Assembly: GCA_963677595.1 (NCBI GenBank)
Contig: OY782041.1
Coordinates: 3,456,001 to 3,520,000, forward strand
DNA length: 64,000 nt
DNA from: Spirochaetia bacterium
GTDB taxonomy: Bacteria > Spirochaetota > Spirochaetia > CAKZLE01
Direction: 5' to 3'
Under the pieces are notes generated by a model. The model searched no databases. It was given only the letters and a program-made list of their open reading frames with translations, and was not told where the DNA came from. A program made the translations under genes and the position numbers. Shown here in pieces: positions 17,370-28,697 of this stretch (positions are counted from its first letter, which is position 1; every line of letters begins with the position of its first letter).

Positions 17370-17396
17370 TTTAATGTGAAATTGAATAACATTAAA
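17370..17396. promoter_or_regulatory. Inverted repeat upstream of the hyd operon (possible operator)
   Basis: TTTAATGT-N11-ACATTAAA; a second TTTAATGT half-site lies at 17412. Confidence 0.35.
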
Positions 17397-17479
17397 GCCA
17401 TAAAAAGGAAGTTTAATGTTCTTATTGGAATATAAATAGCATATGTCGAATAATCGCAGGGCATCATGCCCAAAGACAG

Positions 17480-17506
17480 AAAAAGCGGCATCTGCATGCC
17501 GCTTTC
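17480..17506 (-). terminator. Terminator of the amino-acid ABC operon
   Basis: On the minus strand AAAGCGGCAT-GCAG-ATGCCGCTTTTT. Confidence 0.85.
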
Positions 17507-17516
17507 TCATCGTCTG

Positions 17517-18254
17517 TTAGAGGATATGCTTGAGGAACTTCTTCGTCCTCTCCTCTTTCGGGTGCTCGAAGAGCTCTTCCGGGGTCCCAACCTCGATGAC
17601 CTCACCGCTGTCCATGAAGACGACCTTGTCAGCTGCCTTGCGGGCGAAGCCCATCTCATGGGAGACGACGAGCATCGTCATCCCTTCCTTGGCAAGGTCG
17701 AGCATGACGTCGAGGACCTCCTTGATCATCTCGGGGTCCAGGGCGCTCGTTGGTTCATCGAAGAGCATGACCTTCGGGGACATGGCAAGGGCGCGGGCGA
17801 TCGCGACCCGCTGCTGCTGCCCGCCCGAAAGCTGTTCGGGATAGGCTGTCTCCTTGTCTGCGAGGCCGACCTTCTTCAGCAACTGCCGTGCAAGCGCCTG
17901 GGCTTCCTTCTTGGGCATCTTCTTCACCGTGCAGGGTGCCACCGTGATGTTGTCGATGACCCTCAGGTGGGGGAAGAGGTTGAAGCTCTGGAAGACCATG
18001 CCTGCCTCCTCCCTGATGAGCCTGATGTCGCTGTCAGGTGAGGTGACCTCATCGTCATCGATCCAGATCCTGCCTGAGGTCGCGACCTCGAGCCGGTTGA
18101 CCGACCGCAGCAGGGTACTCTTTCCTGACCCTGACGGGCCGATGATCAGCACGACCTCTCCCTTCTTCACGTTGAGGGAGGCATTGTTGACCGCCTGGAT
18201 CGTATGCTTGAACGTCTTGCTCAGGTTCTCTATGCGGATTCTATACTCACTCAT
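17517..18254 (-). CDS. Polar amino acid ABC transporter ATP-binding protein (GlnQ-like)
   Basis: [35 protein letters not shown]. Confidence 0.96.
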   Translation of the reverse strand: MSEYRIRIENLSKTFKHTIQAVNNASLNVKKGEVVLIIGPSGSGKSTLLRSVNRLEVATSGRIWIDDDEVTSPDSDIRLIREEAGMVFQSFNLFPHLRVIDNITVAPCTVKKMPKKEAQALARQLLKKVGLADKETAYPEQLSGGQQQRVAIARALAMSPKVMLFDEPTSALDPEMIKEVLDVMLDLAKEGMTMLVVSHEMGFARKAADKVVFMDSGEVIEVGTPEELFEHPKEERTKKFLKHIL

Positions 18255-19056
18255 TACGCAGTTTCTCCTCCATCAAGGCTACAAGCTTGGAGAGAATGAG
18301 CGTGATCACAAGATAGACCAGAGCCACGATCATCATCGTCTCTAATGACAGGAACGTACGTGAGATATACTCACGCCCGCGCCTGAGGATATCGCGGAGG
18401 GCGAGGACCGACACGAGGGAAGAGTCCTTGAGCATCGCGATGAACTCATTGCCGATAGCCGGCAGGATGATCTTCATCGTCTGCGGGAGGATGATCTTGC
18501 GCATCGCCTGCCCGCGGGACATCCCGAGGGCGATGGCTGCCTCCATCTGTCCCTTGGGGACAGCCTGGAGCCCGGCGCGGAAGATCTCGCCCATGTAGGC
18601 GCCGTAACAGATGGACAGCGCGATGATCGCGGCGATCACCCCCTCGATCTTCAGGAACTTGCCCAGGGCGAAGTAGATGAAGATCAGCTGTACGAGCAGC
18701 GGGATCCCCCTGATCAGCTCGACGTAGACGCCTGCGATCGTGTTGATGACCCGCGACCTCGACACCTGCCCGAGCCCGCAGAAGAGCCCGAAGAAGAGGG
18801 AACCGAGGATGGCGAAGACCGTCACCTGGAAGGTGACCGGGATCCCCTTGATCGAGATCATGAAGATGGTCCGGTAGGGGGTCGGCGCGGCGATCACCAG
18901 GACCGCGAGCAGGATGACTGCCAGCGCGAAGGTGATCCGCCACGAGCTGAAGATCAGGGAATTATCCCGTGAAGGGATCAGGGCGCCGTCCGACACATCG
19001 ATATGGGTCTGGACGGCTATGTCCTTTTTGTTCTTGTCGTTATTTACTGCAGCCAT
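18247..19056 (-). CDS. Polar amino acid ABC transporter permease
   Basis: [31 protein letters not shown]. Confidence 0.95.
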   Translation of the reverse strand: MAAVNNDKNKKDIAVQTHIDVSDGALIPSRDNSLIFSSWRITFALAVILLAVLVIAAPTPYRTIFMISIKGIPVTFQVTVFAILGSLFFGLFCGLGQVSRSRVINTIAGVYVELIRGIPLLVQLIFIYFALGKFLKIEGVIAAIIALSICYGAYMGEIFRAGLQAVPKGQMEAAIALGMSRGQAMRKIILPQTMKIILPAIGNEFIAMLKDSSLVSVLALRDILRRGREYISRTFLSLETMMIVALVYLVITLILSKLVALMEEKLRNE

Positions 19057-19808
19057 TTTTTATACAGGTCATCCAGGGTCCCGTTCTCCTTGAGAATGGC
19101 CAGTGCTGCATTGATCTTCTCGACCAGTTCGGTGTTGCCTTTCTGTATGGCAATCCCGTAGGGATCCTCGTTGAAGTAGTCACCTACTCGTTTCAGCTTG
19201 CCGCTGTAGGCATCATTGTCGATGATGAAGTCATTCGCGACGATGGCGTCACAGACGACTGCATCGAGGTTCCCGTTCATCATGTCAGCGACGGCATAGG
19301 GAGTGGTGTCGAACTCCTTGATCTGGCTCTCGTCGAAGTCATAGTCGTCAAGCGCGAGGGCTCCGGTGGTACCGATCTGGACACCGACCTTCAGGTTCTG
19401 GTCGACGAGGTCCTGGAGCGTAGTGACGCTGGTGGTCTCGGTCTTCACGATCAGTGCCTGTGCGGTGTTGAAGTAGACATCGGAGAAGTCCATGGTCTTC
19501 TTCCTCTCATCGGTGATCGAAACGGCTGAACAGATCGCGTCATACTGACCGTTCAGGAGACCGGCGAAGATGCCGTCCCAAGCGGTGTTCCTGATCTCGA
19601 TCTCGAGATCGCTTACAGCCTCGATGGCTCTCAGCATGTCGATGTCGAACCCGACCTCGTCCCCGTTCTCATCGATGAACTCCATCGGCGGGTAGGCGAT
19701 ATCACTGGCGACAACGATCTTGTTCGTGTTCTCTTCTGCTGCGCCCTGTGCAAAACAGGGGGTAAAGACAACAGCCAGAAGCATTAGGGCTACTAGGATT
19801 TTTTTCAT
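19044..19808 (-). CDS. Basic amino acid ABC transporter substrate-binding protein
   Basis: YPPMEF, GFDID, WDGIFAGL, ITDERKK, VQIGTTG; ARG-box-like operators lie upstream. Confidence 0.92.
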   Translation of the reverse strand: MKKILVALMLLAVVFTPCFAQGAAEENTNKIVVASDIAYPPMEFIDENGDEVGFDIDMLRAIEAVSDLEIEIRNTAWDGIFAGLLNGQYDAICSAVSITDERKKTMDFSDVYFNTAQALIVKTETTSVTTLQDLVDQNLKVGVQIGTTGALALDDYDFDESQIKEFDTTPYAVADMMNGNLDAVVCDAIVANDFIIDNDAYSGKLKRVGDYFNEDPYGIAIQKGNTELVEKINAALAILKENGTLDDLYKKWLQ

Positions 19809-19833
19809 GCACTCACTCCTCTACGTAAAATAA

Positions 19834-19890
19834 TGTATAATCATACATAAATATGCAAAGTGTAGTCAATAGAGCTGTATAATTATACAG
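19834..19890. promoter_or_regulatory. ARG-box-like operators upstream of the amino-acid ABC operon
   Basis: TGTATAATCATACA (19834), TACATAAATATGCA (19844) and the perfect palindrome CTGTATAATTATACAG (19875-19890). Confidence 0.65.
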
Positions 19891-19949
19891 CTAACTGAAT
19901 GAGAAAATTGAGACATGCTGTAAAGACTGGTTCGTCTGTTGTCTCACTG

Positions 19950-20399
19950 CTACAGGAGGTTCGTCACGAGGAAGCCGATGAGGATGCCGAGCCCCGATCC
20001 TGCGAGGACCTGGGGGTAGTTGTGGCCGAGCAGGGTCTTCAGGTTCGCGGGCTGGATCCCGTGCTCGTAGATCTCGGAGAGGATCTTGCTCCACTCGTTG
20101 AGCATCTCGGCATGCTTGCCCGCTGCCTGGCGTATCCCCACTGCATCGTAGATGACGATGACCGAGAAGACGAGGGCTATGGCGAAGTAGGGCGAGCCTA
20201 CTCCCTGGCCGATCCCGATGCTCGTCGAGAGGGCGGCTACGGTAGCCGCGTGGGAAGAGGGCATGCCCCCGGTACTGGCGGCTCGCCGGAGGTTGAACTC
20301 ACCATCGAGGATGAGGTTGAATATCGTCTTCAGCAGCTGTGCGGTAACAACCGCGATGAGTGCAGAGAGGAATGCTTTGTTCGCAAGAAGATTTTCCAT
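19950..20399 (-). CDS. Divergent PAP2 family protein (DUF212)
   Basis: TGGMPSSHAA, YDAVGIRQAAGKHA, LLGH. Confidence 0.92.
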   Translation of the reverse strand: MENLLANKAFLSALIAVVTAQLLKTIFNLILDGEFNLRRAASTGGMPSSHAATVAALSTSIGIGQGVGSPYFAIALVFSVIVIYDAVGIRQAAGKHAEMLNEWSKILSEIYEHGIQPANLKTLLGHNYPQVLAGSGLGILIGFLVTNLL

Positions 20400-20453
20400 A
20401 AAAGCAATTATATATTATTGTCAATTACCATGTAAACGACTATAACAAGAATC

Positions 20454-21647
20454 ATGAATGCAAAGAACCGAATACAGACGTTTATGCTCCTCTCGATCTC
20501 CGTTCTGGGGCAGTTTTCCATTGCCGTGATGAATTTCGGGATCATCTTCTTCCTCAGGGAGCACTTCAGCCTCTCCGCAGGCATGATCGGCACCTTCGCT
20601 GCAGTCATGACCTTCTGCTACTTCTTCGGCTGTCTCGTCCTCAAGCGGGTCACCTCGCACCTGAGGCCCCGTCACTCAGTCGAGATCGCCGCCGGGGGCA
20701 TGATGCTATTCGGTCTGCTCATCCTCTATGTACCCCATTCATGGATGGCACTCGTCTCTTTCGCCTGCTACGGGGTTGCCATGTCCTTCTTCTGGCCGCC
20801 CATCATGGGGTGGCTCACCCGGGGCGTGGAAGGCCGTGAACTCTCGCGAACAGTATCGATGTTCAACCTCTCCTGGTCGAGCGGACTCATCCTCGCCCCC
20901 TATATAGCAGGCCTCATGACCGAGGTGCAGGTGACCGTGCCCCTCTATGCTGCAGCCGTGACGATGTTCATCATCCTCACGATCGTCTTCGCGGCGACTG
21001 CCGCGGCTCCCTCCCTGAGGGCGGTCTCCTCGAGCACTGCTCATATGAAGGAAGAGCAGGCACAAGACAACAGCACCCCCCTCCGCTATGTTACCTGGGC
21101 AGGGATCCTTGCTGGTTACTTCCTCTTCGGGATCACGATGAACATCTTCCCCATCTATGCGAAGGAGGTGCTGCTCTACAGCGAGTCCTCCATCGGGCTC
21201 CTGCTGCTGATCAGGGCCCTGGTCACTACCATAAGCTTCGTCCTGCTGGGCAGGATGGTCTTCTGGCACTTCAACACGAAGGTCATGCTCGGGATCCAGG
21301 TCTTCCTCGCTGGGGTGTGCCTCTTCGGTATCATCGCGAAGAGCACGGGGATGCTCGTCATCTTCTTCATCCTCTACGGGATCGCCTTCGCGGTGATCTA
21401 CACCAACAGCATCTTCCACGGGGTGGCAGGTGCTCCCGACCGGGAATCACGGATGGCGATACATGAGGCGACCCTTACCATGGGGACGATCCTCGGCTCC
21501 ATCTTCGGCGGGACCATCTACCAGTATGGGGGGTATCCCCTGGTACTGGGTGTCGGTATCGGCGTGTCTCTTGCCGTATTCCTCGTGCAGGCGGTGATCA
21601 TCCGGAAATACCGGCCAGTTCTCCGGGAGAATCCTGCACAGACTTGA
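20454..21647 (+). CDS. MFS transporter
   Basis: About 12 hydrophobic segments over 397 aa; FFWPPIMGW...FNLSWSSG. Confidence 0.85.
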   Translation: MNAKNRIQTFMLLSISVLGQFSIAVMNFGIIFFLREHFSLSAGMIGTFAAVMTFCYFFGCLVLKRVTSHLRPRHSVEIAAGGMMLFGLLILYVPHSWMALVSFACYGVAMSFFWPPIMGWLTRGVEGRELSRTVSMFNLSWSSGLILAPYIAGLMTEVQVTVPLYAAAVTMFIILTIVFAATAAAPSLRAVSSSTAHMKEEQAQDNSTPLRYVTWAGILAGYFLFGITMNIFPIYAKEVLLYSESSIGLLLLIRALVTTISFVLLGRMVFWHFNTKVMLGIQVFLAGVCLFGIIAKSTGMLVIFFILYGIAFAVIYTNSIFHGVAGAPDRESRMAIHEATLTMGTILGSIFGGTIYQYGGYPLVLGVGIGVSLAVFLVQAVIIRKYRPVLRENPAQT

Positions 21648-21699
21648 TAATTATGCATAAAATAGGCTAAAATCTGCATAAATCATGTATAAATATCTA
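21644..21699. promoter_or_regulatory. ARG-box-like operators upstream of aconitase-icd
   Basis: TTGATAATTATGCA (21644), GGCTAAAATCTGCA (21665) and TGTATAAATATCTA (21686), at 21-bp spacing. Confidence 0.5.
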
Positions 21700-21829
21700 A
21701 CTTCGATAGATACGGATGAACGAAGTTGGATCGGGTAGTCTTTGATTCGGATTCAATACCCTAAAATTGGCTTGAAACCACTCACCTCAAAGACTTCTTC
21801 AAACAATACCAATGAATAAGGAAATGACT

Positions 21830-23794
21830 ATGGGACAGAACATACCAGAGAAGATCCTGTCGGCACACCTGGTAGAGGGTGAGCTGAAAGCAGGGAACGA
21901 GATCGCGGTGAAGATCGACCAGACACTGACGCAGGACGCGACGGGAACGATGGCGTACCTGCAGTTCGAGGCGATGGGGATCGACCATATACAGAACGAG
22001 TTGGCGGTGAGCTACGTGGACCACAACACAGTGCAGGTGGGGTTCGAGAACGCGGACGACCACCGGTACCTGCAGTCAGTGGCGCAGAAGTACGGGATCG
22101 TGTTCTCCCGGCCGGGGAACGGGATCTGCCACCAGGTACACCTGGAGCGGTTCGGTATCCCGGGGAAGACACTCTTGGGATCTGACTCGCACACGCCGAC
22201 CGGCGGCGGGATCGGGATGCTGGCGATGGGCGCCGGCGGGATTGACGTGGCCGTGGCCATGGGCGGGGGAGCCTTCTACATGAGCGCACCAAAGGTCGTG
22301 CGCATCGAGCTGGAAGGGAAGCTCCGGCCATGGGTCTCGGCGAAAGACGTGATCCTGAAGGTCTTGAGCATCTTCTCGACGAAAGGGAACGTGGGGACCG
22401 TGCTGGAGTACGGCGGACCCGGGGTCGATACGCTCGACGTACCGGACCGTGCGACGATCACGAACATGGGAGCCGAACTCGGGGTGACGACCTCGATCTT
22501 CCCGAGTGACGAGAAGACGAAGGCGTTCATGGAAGCCCAGGGGCGGGGAGCCGACTGGGTAGAGCTGAAAGCGGATGCCGATGCGTCCTATGCCCGGACC
22601 GTGACGATCGACCTGAGTGAGCTGGAGCCGCTGACAGCGGCACCGCACTCACCGGGGAACATCGAGACGGTGAAGGGACTTGCAGGGAAGCGTGTAGACC
22701 AGGTGCTCATCGGGTCATGCACGAACTCCTCCTACCGGGATCTGGTGACCGTCGCGGAGATCCTCGACGGGAAGCGGGTGGCCCCGGGCGTGAGCCTGGG
22801 TATCGCGCCGGGTTCAAGGGAAGTACTCACGATGCTCGCGCGGGACGGATACCTGACGAAGCTGATCGAGTCGGGGGCACGGATCCTGGAGAGTGCGTGC
22901 GGGTTCTGTATCGGCAACCACATGTCACCGAACAGCGAAGCGGTCTCCTTGCGGACGTCGAACCGGAACTTCGAGGGGCGATCAGGGACGAAGTCGGCCC
23001 AGGTCTACCTGGTGAGCCCGGAAGTGGCAGCCTTGGCAGCGATCACGGGAGCGTTCACCGACCCGCTGGCAGACAACGGGATAGCCTATCCTGCGGTGGG
23101 GATGCCGAAGGAGTTCATCATCGATGACAGCATGTTCATCTTCCCGACGGAAGACGGGGGCGATACCGAGATCCTGCGGGGACCGAACATCGGGGCACCG
23201 CCGGTGAACACCGGACTGCCGGAAGCACTGAAGGGCGTGGCGACACTGAAGGTAGGGGAGAAGATCACGACCGACCACATCATGCCGGCAGGGGCTCGGC
23301 TGAAGTACCGGTCGAACGTGCCGACCTACTCACAGTATGTGTTCGAGCCGGTAGATCCGCAGTTCGCCACGCGAGCGGCAGCGAACCGGGATGCGGGGAT
23401 CGACAACATCATCATCGCCGCAGACTCCTACGGGCAGGGCTCGAGCCGGGAACATGCGGCATTATGCCCGATGTACCTGGGGGTGAAGGCGGTGGTGGCG
23501 ACCTCGATCGAGCGGATCCACATGGCGAACCTGTTCAACTTCGGGATCGTGCCGTTCATCTTCGCAGACCGGGATGATTACGACCGGATCGACGAGGGTG
23601 ATGAGCTGGAGATCGCGGGACTGTCCGAGGCGATCAGGAGTGCTGGTGAGCATGGGGGCATCGTGACGATGGCCAACAAGACGAAAGGGACCGAGATCCC
23701 GCTGAGAGCGGAGTTCACGGCCCGGCAGATCGGGCTGCTGGAAGCAGGCGGACTGCTGAACTACACGAGCGCACAGCAGGGGGAACAGGCATGA
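21830..23794 (+). CDS. Aconitate hydratase (short, about 650 aa type)
   Basis: TQDATGT, DHN, GICHQ, GSDSHT, IGSCTN, CGFCIG, NRNFEGR, TTDHI, GSSREHA. Start set at ATG 21830 after an AAGGA SD. Confidence 0.93.
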   Translation: MGQNIPEKILSAHLVEGELKAGNEIAVKIDQTLTQDATGTMAYLQFEAMGIDHIQNELAVSYVDHNTVQVGFENADDHRYLQSVAQKYGIVFSRPGNGICHQVHLERFGIPGKTLLGSDSHTPTGGGIGMLAMGAGGIDVAVAMGGGAFYMSAPKVVRIELEGKLRPWVSAKDVILKVLSIFSTKGNVGTVLEYGGPGVDTLDVPDRATITNMGAELGVTTSIFPSDEKTKAFMEAQGRGADWVELKADADASYARTVTIDLSELEPLTAAPHSPGNIETVKGLAGKRVDQVLIGSCTNSSYRDLVTVAEILDGKRVAPGVSLGIAPGSREVLTMLARDGYLTKLIESGARILESACGFCIGNHMSPNSEAVSLRTSNRNFEGRSGTKSAQVYLVSPEVAALAAITGAFTDPLADNGIAYPAVGMPKEFIIDDSMFIFPTEDGGDTEILRGPNIGAPPVNTGLPEALKGVATLKVGEKITTDHIMPAGARLKYRSNVPTYSQYVFEPVDPQFATRAAANRDAGIDNIIIAADSYGQGSSREHAALCPMYLGVKAVVATSIERIHMANLFNFGIVPFIFADRDDYDRIDEGDELEIAGLSEAIRSAGEHGGIVTMANKTKGTEIPLRAEFTARQIGLLEAGGLLNYTSAQQGEQA

Positions 23795-26013
23795 CGATAG
23801 CGCAGACAGAACCGAAGATCATCTACACGATCACCGATGAGGCGCCGGCACTGGCGACGGCATCACTGCTGCCGATCATCCGGGCCTACACGGCAGCGGC
23901 AGGGGTGACGGTGGAGACACGTGACATCTCGCTCTCGGGGCGGATCCTGGCGCACTTTCCGGAGTACGCAGGCACTCCCAATGACCTGGCAGAGCTCGGG
24001 GAGCTGGTGAAGGCGCCTGAGGCGAACATCATCAAGCTGCCGAACATCAGCGCATCGGTACCGCAGTTGAAGGCTGCGATCGCCGAACTGCAGGGGAGGG
24101 GGTACGCGGTACCCGACTACCCGGAGAGTCCTGCGAGTGAGGACGAGCAGGAGGTGCGGAAGCGGTATGATGCGGTGAAGGGGTCAGCGGTGAACCCGGT
24201 GCTGCGGGAAGGGAACTCGGACCGGCGGGCACCGCAGGCAGTGAAGGCCTATGCGCAGAAGCACCCGCACAGCATGGGGGCCTGGGAAGCAGGCTCGAAG
24301 AGCCATGTGGCAAGCATGGAGGACGGGGACTTCTACGGGAGCGAGCAGTCGGTGGTGACCGACGGCCCGACGAGCGTGGACGTGGTACTCAAAGGCGCAG
24401 ACGGCACGCAGACAGTCCTGAAGGCGGGACTGAAGCTGCAGGCAGGGGAGATCCTCGACTCAGCGGTGATGAGCGCAGGGAAGCTGCGGAGCTTCCTGAA
24501 GAGAGAGATCGCCGATGCGAAGCAGAACGATGTACTCTTCTCAGTACACCTGAAGGCGACGATGATGAAGGTATCGGACCCGATCATCTTCGGGCATGTG
24601 GTCTCGGTCTACTATGAGGAGCTGTTCGACACCTACGGTGAGCAGCTCGCATCGGTGGGTGCAGACCCGCGGATGGGGATGGCAGACCTGGAGAAGCGGA
24701 TCGAGGGCCTCGATCCTAAAGAGCGGGAAGCGATCGAGGAAAAGATCGCAGCGATCTACCGTAGCCAGCCGGAGCTTGCGATGGTGAACTCCGAGCGGGG
24801 GATCACGAACCTGCACGTATCGAGCGACATCATCATCGATGCGTCGATGCCGGCAGCGATCCGGAACTCCGGGAAGATGTGGGGAGCCGACGGGAAGCTG
24901 AAGGACATGAAGGCCGTGATCCCTGACCGGAGCTATGCGGGGGTGTATGCCGAGACGATCGCGTACTGCAAGGCGAACGGGGCGTTCGACCCGAGAACGA
25001 TGGGCGACGTGTCGAACGTGGGGCTGATGGCGCAGAAGGCCGAGGAGTACGGGTCGCATGACAAGACCTTCGAGATGCCGGGAAGCGGCGTGGTGGAAGT
25101 AGTCGATGCAGCAGGCACCGTACTGATGGCGCAGGCCGTGGAAGGCGGGGACATCTTCCGGATGTGCCAGGTGAAGGATGCTCCGGTACGTGACTGGGTG
25201 AAGCTTGCCGTGAGGCGTGCGAAGGCGACGGGGAACCCGGCGGTCTTCTGGCTGGATGAGGCGAGAGCCCATGATGCGCAGCTGATCAGGAAGGTGCGAA
25301 CCTACCTGGCCGAGGAGGAGACAGAGGGGCTGGAGCTGACGATCGCCTCCCCTGAGGAGGCGACGAAGTGGACGCTCGAGCGGCTGAAGCGGGGAGAGGA
25401 TACGATCTCGGTGACGGGGAACGTGCTGCGAGACTACCTGACTGACCTGTTCCCGATCCTGGAACTGGGGACGAGTGCGAAGATGCTGTCGATCGTGCCG
25501 CTGATGGGCGGGGGCGGACTCTTCGAGACGGGAGCCGGCGGGTCTGCGCCGAAGCATGTGCAGCAGCTGCAGGAGGAGGGCCACCTGAGGTGGGACTCGC
25601 TCGGCGAGTTCCTTGCTCTGGCGGCCTCGCTCGAGCACCTGGGGACGGTGTACGGGAACCCGAAGGCGCTGGTACTGGCGAAGGCGCTGGACCGGGGGAC
25701 GGAAGTATTGCTGGAGGAAGGCAAGTCGCCGTCACGTAAGGTCGGGGAGATCGACACGCGGGGCAGCCACTACTACCTGGCGCGATACTGGGCGCAGGCG
25801 CTCAGTGAGCAGGATGAGGATGAGGAGCTCTCTGAGCTCTTCCGGCCGCTGGCGAAGGAGTTCACGGTGAAGGAAGAAGCCATCACCTCCGAACTGCTGG
25901 CAGTCCAGGGGAACCCGACGGACATCGGGGGGTACTACTGCCCCGATGAGGCGGTCAAGGCACAGGCTATGCGCCCGAGCAAGACGCTCAATGCCGTAAT
26001 AAGTAAGCTCTAA
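23791..26013 (+). CDS. icd: Monomeric NADP-dependent isocitrate dehydrogenase
   Basis: [53 protein letters not shown]. Confidence 0.97.
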   Translation: MTIAQTEPKIIYTITDEAPALATASLLPIIRAYTAAAGVTVETRDISLSGRILAHFPEYAGTPNDLAELGELVKAPEANIIKLPNISASVPQLKAAIAELQGRGYAVPDYPESPASEDEQEVRKRYDAVKGSAVNPVLREGNSDRRAPQAVKAYAQKHPHSMGAWEAGSKSHVASMEDGDFYGSEQSVVTDGPTSVDVVLKGADGTQTVLKAGLKLQAGEILDSAVMSAGKLRSFLKREIADAKQNDVLFSVHLKATMMKVSDPIIFGHVVSVYYEELFDTYGEQLASVGADPRMGMADLEKRIEGLDPKEREAIEEKIAAIYRSQPELAMVNSERGITNLHVSSDIIIDASMPAAIRNSGKMWGADGKLKDMKAVIPDRSYAGVYAETIAYCKANGAFDPRTMGDVSNVGLMAQKAEEYGSHDKTFEMPGSGVVEVVDAAGTVLMAQAVEGGDIFRMCQVKDAPVRDWVKLAVRRAKATGNPAVFWLDEARAHDAQLIRKVRTYLAEEETEGLELTIASPEEATKWTLERLKRGEDTISVTGNVLRDYLTDLFPILELGTSAKMLSIVPLMGGGGLFETGAGGSAPKHVQQLQEEGHLRWDSLGEFLALAASLEHLGTVYGNPKALVLAKALDRGTEVLLEEGKSPSRKVGEIDTRGSHYYLARYWAQALSEQDEDEELSELFRPLAKEFTVKEEAITSELLAVQGNPTDIGGYYCPDEAVKAQAMRPSKTLNAVISKL

Positions 26014-26045
26014 CACAGCCATACCACTACCCGTTCTGCGGGATA

Positions 26046-26073
26046 TGGAGCTCACGGTTCACCGTGGGCTCCA
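26046..26073 (+). terminator. Stem-loop after icd
   Basis: TGGAGCTCACGG-TTCA-CCGTGGGCTCCA; no T-tract. Confidence 0.5.
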
Positions 26074-26168
26074 CGTGCATTCGGGTACCGCTCATGCACT
26101 TTATGGTGGACAGTATGCGTTCCAGTCGCTATGATGGAGAAAAGAGTTGAATGAGGGAGTTCCTTAGC

Positions 26169-27350
26169 ATGAACCAGCCGATATCGTATGTACTGATCTC
26201 ACCATATACCGTGGCGAAGAGCCGGACCGGGGGGGTGCTTTCACGGCTCTTCTCCCGCCTTGACCTCGAACTCGTAGGGGCACAGATGATCGCCCCTGAC
26301 GAGGAGCTCACCAATGCCTATGCCGATTCCCTGCTCAAGCAGCAGGACCATACCAACCCATGGGCTGCGAAGCTGCTCTCCGATTACATCAGGAAGAACT
26401 TAGGGCCTTCTGGCGGCAGACCGCATAGGTCCCTGCTGCTGCTGTTCCAGGGGGATGACCCCTGCCGCAAGCTCTCCGACATCTGCGGGGCACTCTATGC
26501 GAAGAACCGGAGCGACGAGTCGGTCACCGGCGAGACCATCCGGGACACCTATGCCGATATGATCCTTGACCCGGATGACCCGTTTCGGGTCATCTATTTC
26601 GAGCCGGCAGTCCTCACGCCGAGGATCCAGGAGGTCGCTGATGAGGACCTGCGACTCTTCGCTGCCTGGCTCAAGCCCCAGAAGAACATCGTCGAGAACA
26701 TGGTCTACCCCCATCCTGACAAGATCGAGCGGACGCTCGTGATCATCAAGCCTGATATATGGGCCCATGCCTCCTCGAAGCCGGGGACCATCATCGACAT
26801 CTTCGCCCGTACCGGGTCGAGGATCATCGGGATCAAGGTACACCGGATGTCCGTTGCGGAAGCGAAGGAGTTCTACAAGTCCCTGAGGGGTAACCTGAAG
26901 GCGAAGTATGCCCAAGCGATCGGGGAACAGGCGAAGGATATCCTGGAGAAGGAGTTCGGTGTGCCTCTGAGCCCTGCCGTACCGGCAGCCCTGGCAGAGT
27001 CCTTCGGGAACGTCTACGCGGAGGACCAGTTCCAGCAGGTGATCGAGTTCATGACCGGCATAAACGCGAAAGACTGTCCAGTCGATGAACTGCAGAGCCC
27101 GGGGAAGGTGAAGTGCATGATCCTGATCTACGAGGGTGAGCATGCCGTGGAGAACATCAGGAAGGTCCTTGGACCGACGAACCCCGAGGAGGCCCCGGGA
27201 GGGACCGTCAGGTGCGAGTTCGGCTCGAACATCATGATCAACTCTGCCCATGCCTCGCATGACCTCGAGAACGCGGTACGGGAGATGGAGATCGTTCAGA
27301 TCGAGAAGAACAACTGCACCGACCTGCTCGAAATCTATCTGAACAGCTAA
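26169..27350 (+). CDS. ndk: Nucleoside-diphosphate kinase, long two-domain form
   Basis: ERTLVIIKPD, LGPTNPEEAPGGTVR, NSAHAS, plus a degenerate N-terminal NDK-like repeat (GETIRDTY). Confidence 0.85.
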   Translation: MNQPISYVLISPYTVAKSRTGGVLSRLFSRLDLELVGAQMIAPDEELTNAYADSLLKQQDHTNPWAAKLLSDYIRKNLGPSGGRPHRSLLLLFQGDDPCRKLSDICGALYAKNRSDESVTGETIRDTYADMILDPDDPFRVIYFEPAVLTPRIQEVADEDLRLFAAWLKPQKNIVENMVYPHPDKIERTLVIIKPDIWAHASSKPGTIIDIFARTGSRIIGIKVHRMSVAEAKEFYKSLRGNLKAKYAQAIGEQAKDILEKEFGVPLSPAVPAALAESFGNVYAEDQFQQVIEFMTGINAKDCPVDELQSPGKVKCMILIYEGEHAVENIRKVLGPTNPEEAPGGTVRCEFGSNIMINSAHASHDLENAVREMEIVQIEKNNCTDLLEIYLNS

Positions 27351-27370
27351 GTATTCCGTGCTGTGAGACG

Positions 27371-27407
27371 AAAAAAAGAGGGGAGCATCAGCTCCCCTTC
27401 GTTGTTT
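27371..27407. terminator. Bidirectional terminator between ndk and gltA
   Basis: AAAAAAAGAGGGGAGC-ATCA-GCTCCCCTTCGTTGTTT. Confidence 0.8.
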
Positions 27408-28697
27408 CTAGCGCTCCTCGATGGGAACGACGACCTTCTGCTCCGGCCCGATATAGTGCTGTCTCGGTCTCCCGATCCGCTCGTAGGGGTCATGGTGCCA
27501 CTCGAGGAAGTGGGCGATCCAGCCCGGCAGCCGGCCGAGGGCGAACATGACGGTGTACATGTTCAGGGGGATCCCCATGGCCCGGAAGATGATCCCGGTA
27601 TAGAAGTCTACATTGGGGTAGAGGTTCCGCTCGATGAAGTAGTCATTGTTCAATGCCTCATGCTCCAGTTCCTTGGCGATGTCAAGCAGCGGGTCGCTCT
27701 TGCCGAGGTCATCGAGGACCTCCTCGCAGAGTTTCCGGGCTATCTTCGCCCTCGGGTCGTAGGTCTTGTAGACCCGGTGGCCGAAGCCCATGAGCCTGAA
27801 GGGGTCATTCTTGTCCTGGGCCTTCGCGACGACCTGTTTGACGGTGAGTCCCTCGTCCCTGATCTGCTCGAGCATCTCGATGACTGCCTGGTTAGCACCG
27901 CCGTGCCTCGGTCCCCACAGCGCGCAGATACCTGCTGAGACTGCGGCATAGAGGTTGGCCTCGGATGAGCCGATGAGCCGTACGGCTGTGGTGGAGCAGT
28001 TCTGCTCATGGTCCGCGTGGATGATCAGGAGCTTGTTCAGCGCCCTGATATGGACCGGGTTCGGGACATACTCCCGCACCGGTGTGTTGAACATCATGTT
28101 GAGGAAGTTCGCACAGTAGGAGTACTTATAGCTCGGGTTGACGAAATCAAGCCCGTGCAGCTTCCGGTAGGTGAAGGCGGCGATCGTCCTCATCTTGGAG
28201 AGGAGCCTCGTCACGGTCAGGTCCATCATGGTCTCAGGATCCGCATCGAGGTCTATCTCAGGATAGAAGGAGGAGAGCGAGACGACCATGGCGGCAAGGA
28301 CCGACATGGGGTGGGCATGGTCAGGGTAGCCCTTGAAGAAGTCGACCATGTCGACATGCAGCAGGGAGTGGTGGTTGAGCAGTTCCTGGTATTTGTGCCG
28401 CTCCTTCAGGTTCGGGAGTGTCCCGTGGACGAGGAGGTAGGCGACTTCTACGAAGTCGCACTTCTCGACCAGGTCTTCGATCGGGTACCCGCGGTACTGC
28501 AGGATCCCCTTCTCCCCGTCGAGGTAGGTGATCGCACTCTGGCAGGAGCCGGTGTTGCCGAAACCGGGATCGTAGGTGATCATGCCGGTATCCTTGCGAA
28601 GACTCCTGATATCGAGGGAAGATCCGTTCCTGTTATCCTTCAGGACCGGGAACTCATAGACCTGCTTGTCGTCAATGAAGAGTTTTGCTTTATCCAT
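27408..28697 (-). CDS. gltA: Citrate synthase (type II)
   Basis: YDPGFGNT, YRGYPI, HADHEQNCST, GPRHGGAN, LMGFGHRVYK, YPNVDFY. Start set at ATG 28697 after an AAGGAGG SD. Confidence 0.97.
   Translation of the reverse strand: MDKAKLFIDDKQVYEFPVLKDNRNGSSLDIRSLRKDTGMITYDPGFGNTGSCQSAITYLDGEKGILQYRGYPIEDLVEKCDFVEVAYLLVHGTLPNLKERHKYQELLNHHSLLHVDMVDFFKGYPDHAHPMSVLAAMVVSLSSFYPEIDLDADPETMMDLTVTRLLSKMRTIAAFTYRKLHGLDFVNPSYKYSYCANFLNMMFNTPVREYVPNPVHIRALNKLLIIHADHEQNCSTTAVRLIGSSEANLYAAVSAGICALWGPRHGGANQAVIEMLEQIRDEGLTVKQVVAKAQDKNDPFRLMGFGHRVYKTYDPRAKIARKLCEEVLDDLGKSDPLLDIAKELEHEALNNDYFIERNLYPNVDFYTGIIFRAMGIPLNMYTVMFALGRLPGWIAHFLEWHHDPYERIGRPRQHYIGPEQKVVVPIEER

Noticed and set aside
17375-17391. Rex or CRP box upstream of the hydrogenase
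   Set aside because: TGTGA-N7-TAACA is one base longer than the TGTGA-N6-TCACA consensus, so the regulator cannot be assigned.
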